Source of the DNA: Selaginella moellendorffii
Taxonomy: Eukaryota; Plantae; Lycopodiophyta
DNA: 64,000 bases
NCBI RefSeq assembly: GCF_000143415.4
Contig: NW_003314363.1
Location: forward strand, 372,001-436,000
Direction: 5' to 3'
Shown here: in pieces, positions 62,650-64,000 of the stretch
Position numbering within the stretch: the first letter of the stretch is position 1
Layout: every line of letters starts with the position of its first letter
Notes under the pieces: model-generated
What the model was told of the DNA's origin: nothing
The model's input: the letters and a program-made list of their open reading frames with translations, nothing else
Database searches by the model: none
Program-made: the position numbers and the translations under genes

Positions 62650-64000
62650 ATGGCAGCGGCGGCAGCAGGCGCGGCAGTCTCCGCAGAGCCAGGTCCGCTA
62701 TGCTCCCAATTCTCCTACATTTCTAGCACAGCGAGCGCCGCAAGGTCGGTGCTGCCGCTGCTCGCGCCAAGAATTTCGATCGCGCCCGTTCAGGAACTCG
62801 AATGCAGGCCTAGCTCCTGCCTCCGGTAAGCTGGAATTGGTAGCCGTGGTGAAATTCTCGCGAATTGATTCTTCCCATGTAGCGCGAGTAGATGTCGTGT
62901 CGTCCCTAGAGCCAAATCCAGTGTGGACAGTGACGAGCAGCTCACTGTTGAGGTTCTTGGAGATGAGGGATACACGTTTGATCCATCCAGCGTTTCTTTC
63001 TCCACTGGTAAGCTATACCTTCCAAACTCTTTCTTTTCTTCCTGTTTACATCTTTTTAATCTCGTTGTGTTTTGGAAATTCAAGAGCGCTGGGAGGAGCT
63101 TGATACGGATGTTCTCGAGATTATAGATTCCTCCTCCACGAATACTCCTCCTGTTGTTGCGGTCTCGTTGCGGTCTCCTCTCGTCCCGTGGCGCTCGATT
63201 TTCCGAGGTGGTATCGAGAACTTGACAACGCAGGTGAAAGAGGCAGTCGAGAAGACTAGATCACAAGGACACAACTGGGCGCGGAACAGCAAAGTGGCTC
63301 AAGTTCTTCACAGTGATAAGAAAGTTATCTCCAAATGGACGATGGAAACAGCTCTTACTGTAATCTCGGAAGCGCTTTTCCTGACGAGTTCTGCGGATTC
63401 ATCGACGGCTCCTGCAGAGAAACCAGTGTGGCAGGCACCTTCGTATCGTGGTACTATACTTTTATTTTCACTGATGTCTCTTTTTGTGAGTTTTCTTTAG
63501 TATTATCTGTACAGGGCTATCCGGTTGGGACCTTGTCGCTGCTGATATCGCAACCATAAGACAGTATTTTGACAACGTAAAAATGCAGCTAGCTATCTGG
63601 AAGCTACCGCTGCAAGAAGCTTATGATCCTGAAGATCTCGCCGTCTATTTCAATGCAAGACCACATCTCTTGCTGTTCCGGGCTCTCGAGGTAATACCCC
63701 TTATTTTTTACTGTAAAGCTCATTATTTTCTGTTCAGGTTTCTGCAGCATTTAGCTATCTCTTCGTATGGTACATGTTCGAAAAGAGCATCACGCCGTTG
63801 ACAAAAAGAGAGCCGTCTTCTGAAGAGGAGAACAAAAAAATGATGATGAAAACGGCTGAAATGTTTAAGCAAACTGTTTTGAGGCTTGGCCCGACTTTCA
63901 CAAAAGGTACTTTCCTGTTGATTATGTTAATGCTTTCTACTAAATCTTCTTGTTAAACTAGTTGCTCAGTCGTTGTCAACAAGATCAGACTTGATAGGCC
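62650..64000 (+). CDS. ABC1/UbiB atypical kinase, 5' part (At2g39190-like), runs off the window
   Basis: Ala-rich transit-peptide-like start; WQAPSY|..GLSGWDL; LQEAYDPEDLAVYFNARPH; FKQTVLRLGPTFTK|VAQSLSTRSDLIG is the ABC1K signature. Confidence 0.88.

Overview
Eukaryotic land-plant genomic DNA with many very short GT-AG introns (46-60 bp) and very tight gene packing. Together with a ciliary CFAP20DC-like gene and plant-specific genes (DCD, DUF1218, TIC, GIP1, HD-Zip I), this points to a seed-free plant with flagellated sperm, most likely the lycophyte Selaginella (inference). Left gene block (1-7.2 kb): DCD-domain protein, HAD hydrolase, CFAP20DC/C3orf67-like, DUF1218. Middle (~7.6-36.7 kb): a ~29 kb mostly AT-rich island holding a Ty1/copia remnant, two full-length but defective Ty3/gypsy elements and four pieces of one unusual gene family. 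Gypsy 1 is a chromovirus with identical 353-bp LTRs and a Tf1-type self-priming site. Gypsy 2 lacks a chromodomain and has 174-bp LTRs, a tRNA-Ala PBS and a 4-bp TSD. Both carry a GGGAAAC -1 frameshift signal followed by a stem or pseudoknot. The gene family has a header + restriction-endonuclease-like + atypical kinase layout resembling Crinkler/CR-type effectors, and is present as one intact 504-aa gene, one tandem pseudogene, a displaced exon-1 copy and a kinase relic. Right gene block (36.8-64 kb): ATAD2/BRAT1-like AAA+bromodomain, TIME FOR COFFEE-like, two-RRM hnRNP, PIG-M, GIP1-like, HD-Zip I, and the 5' part of an ABC1 kinase. The CR-like cluster is the best candidate for a little-described system. 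All family assignments come from motif recognition by eye, not database searches.
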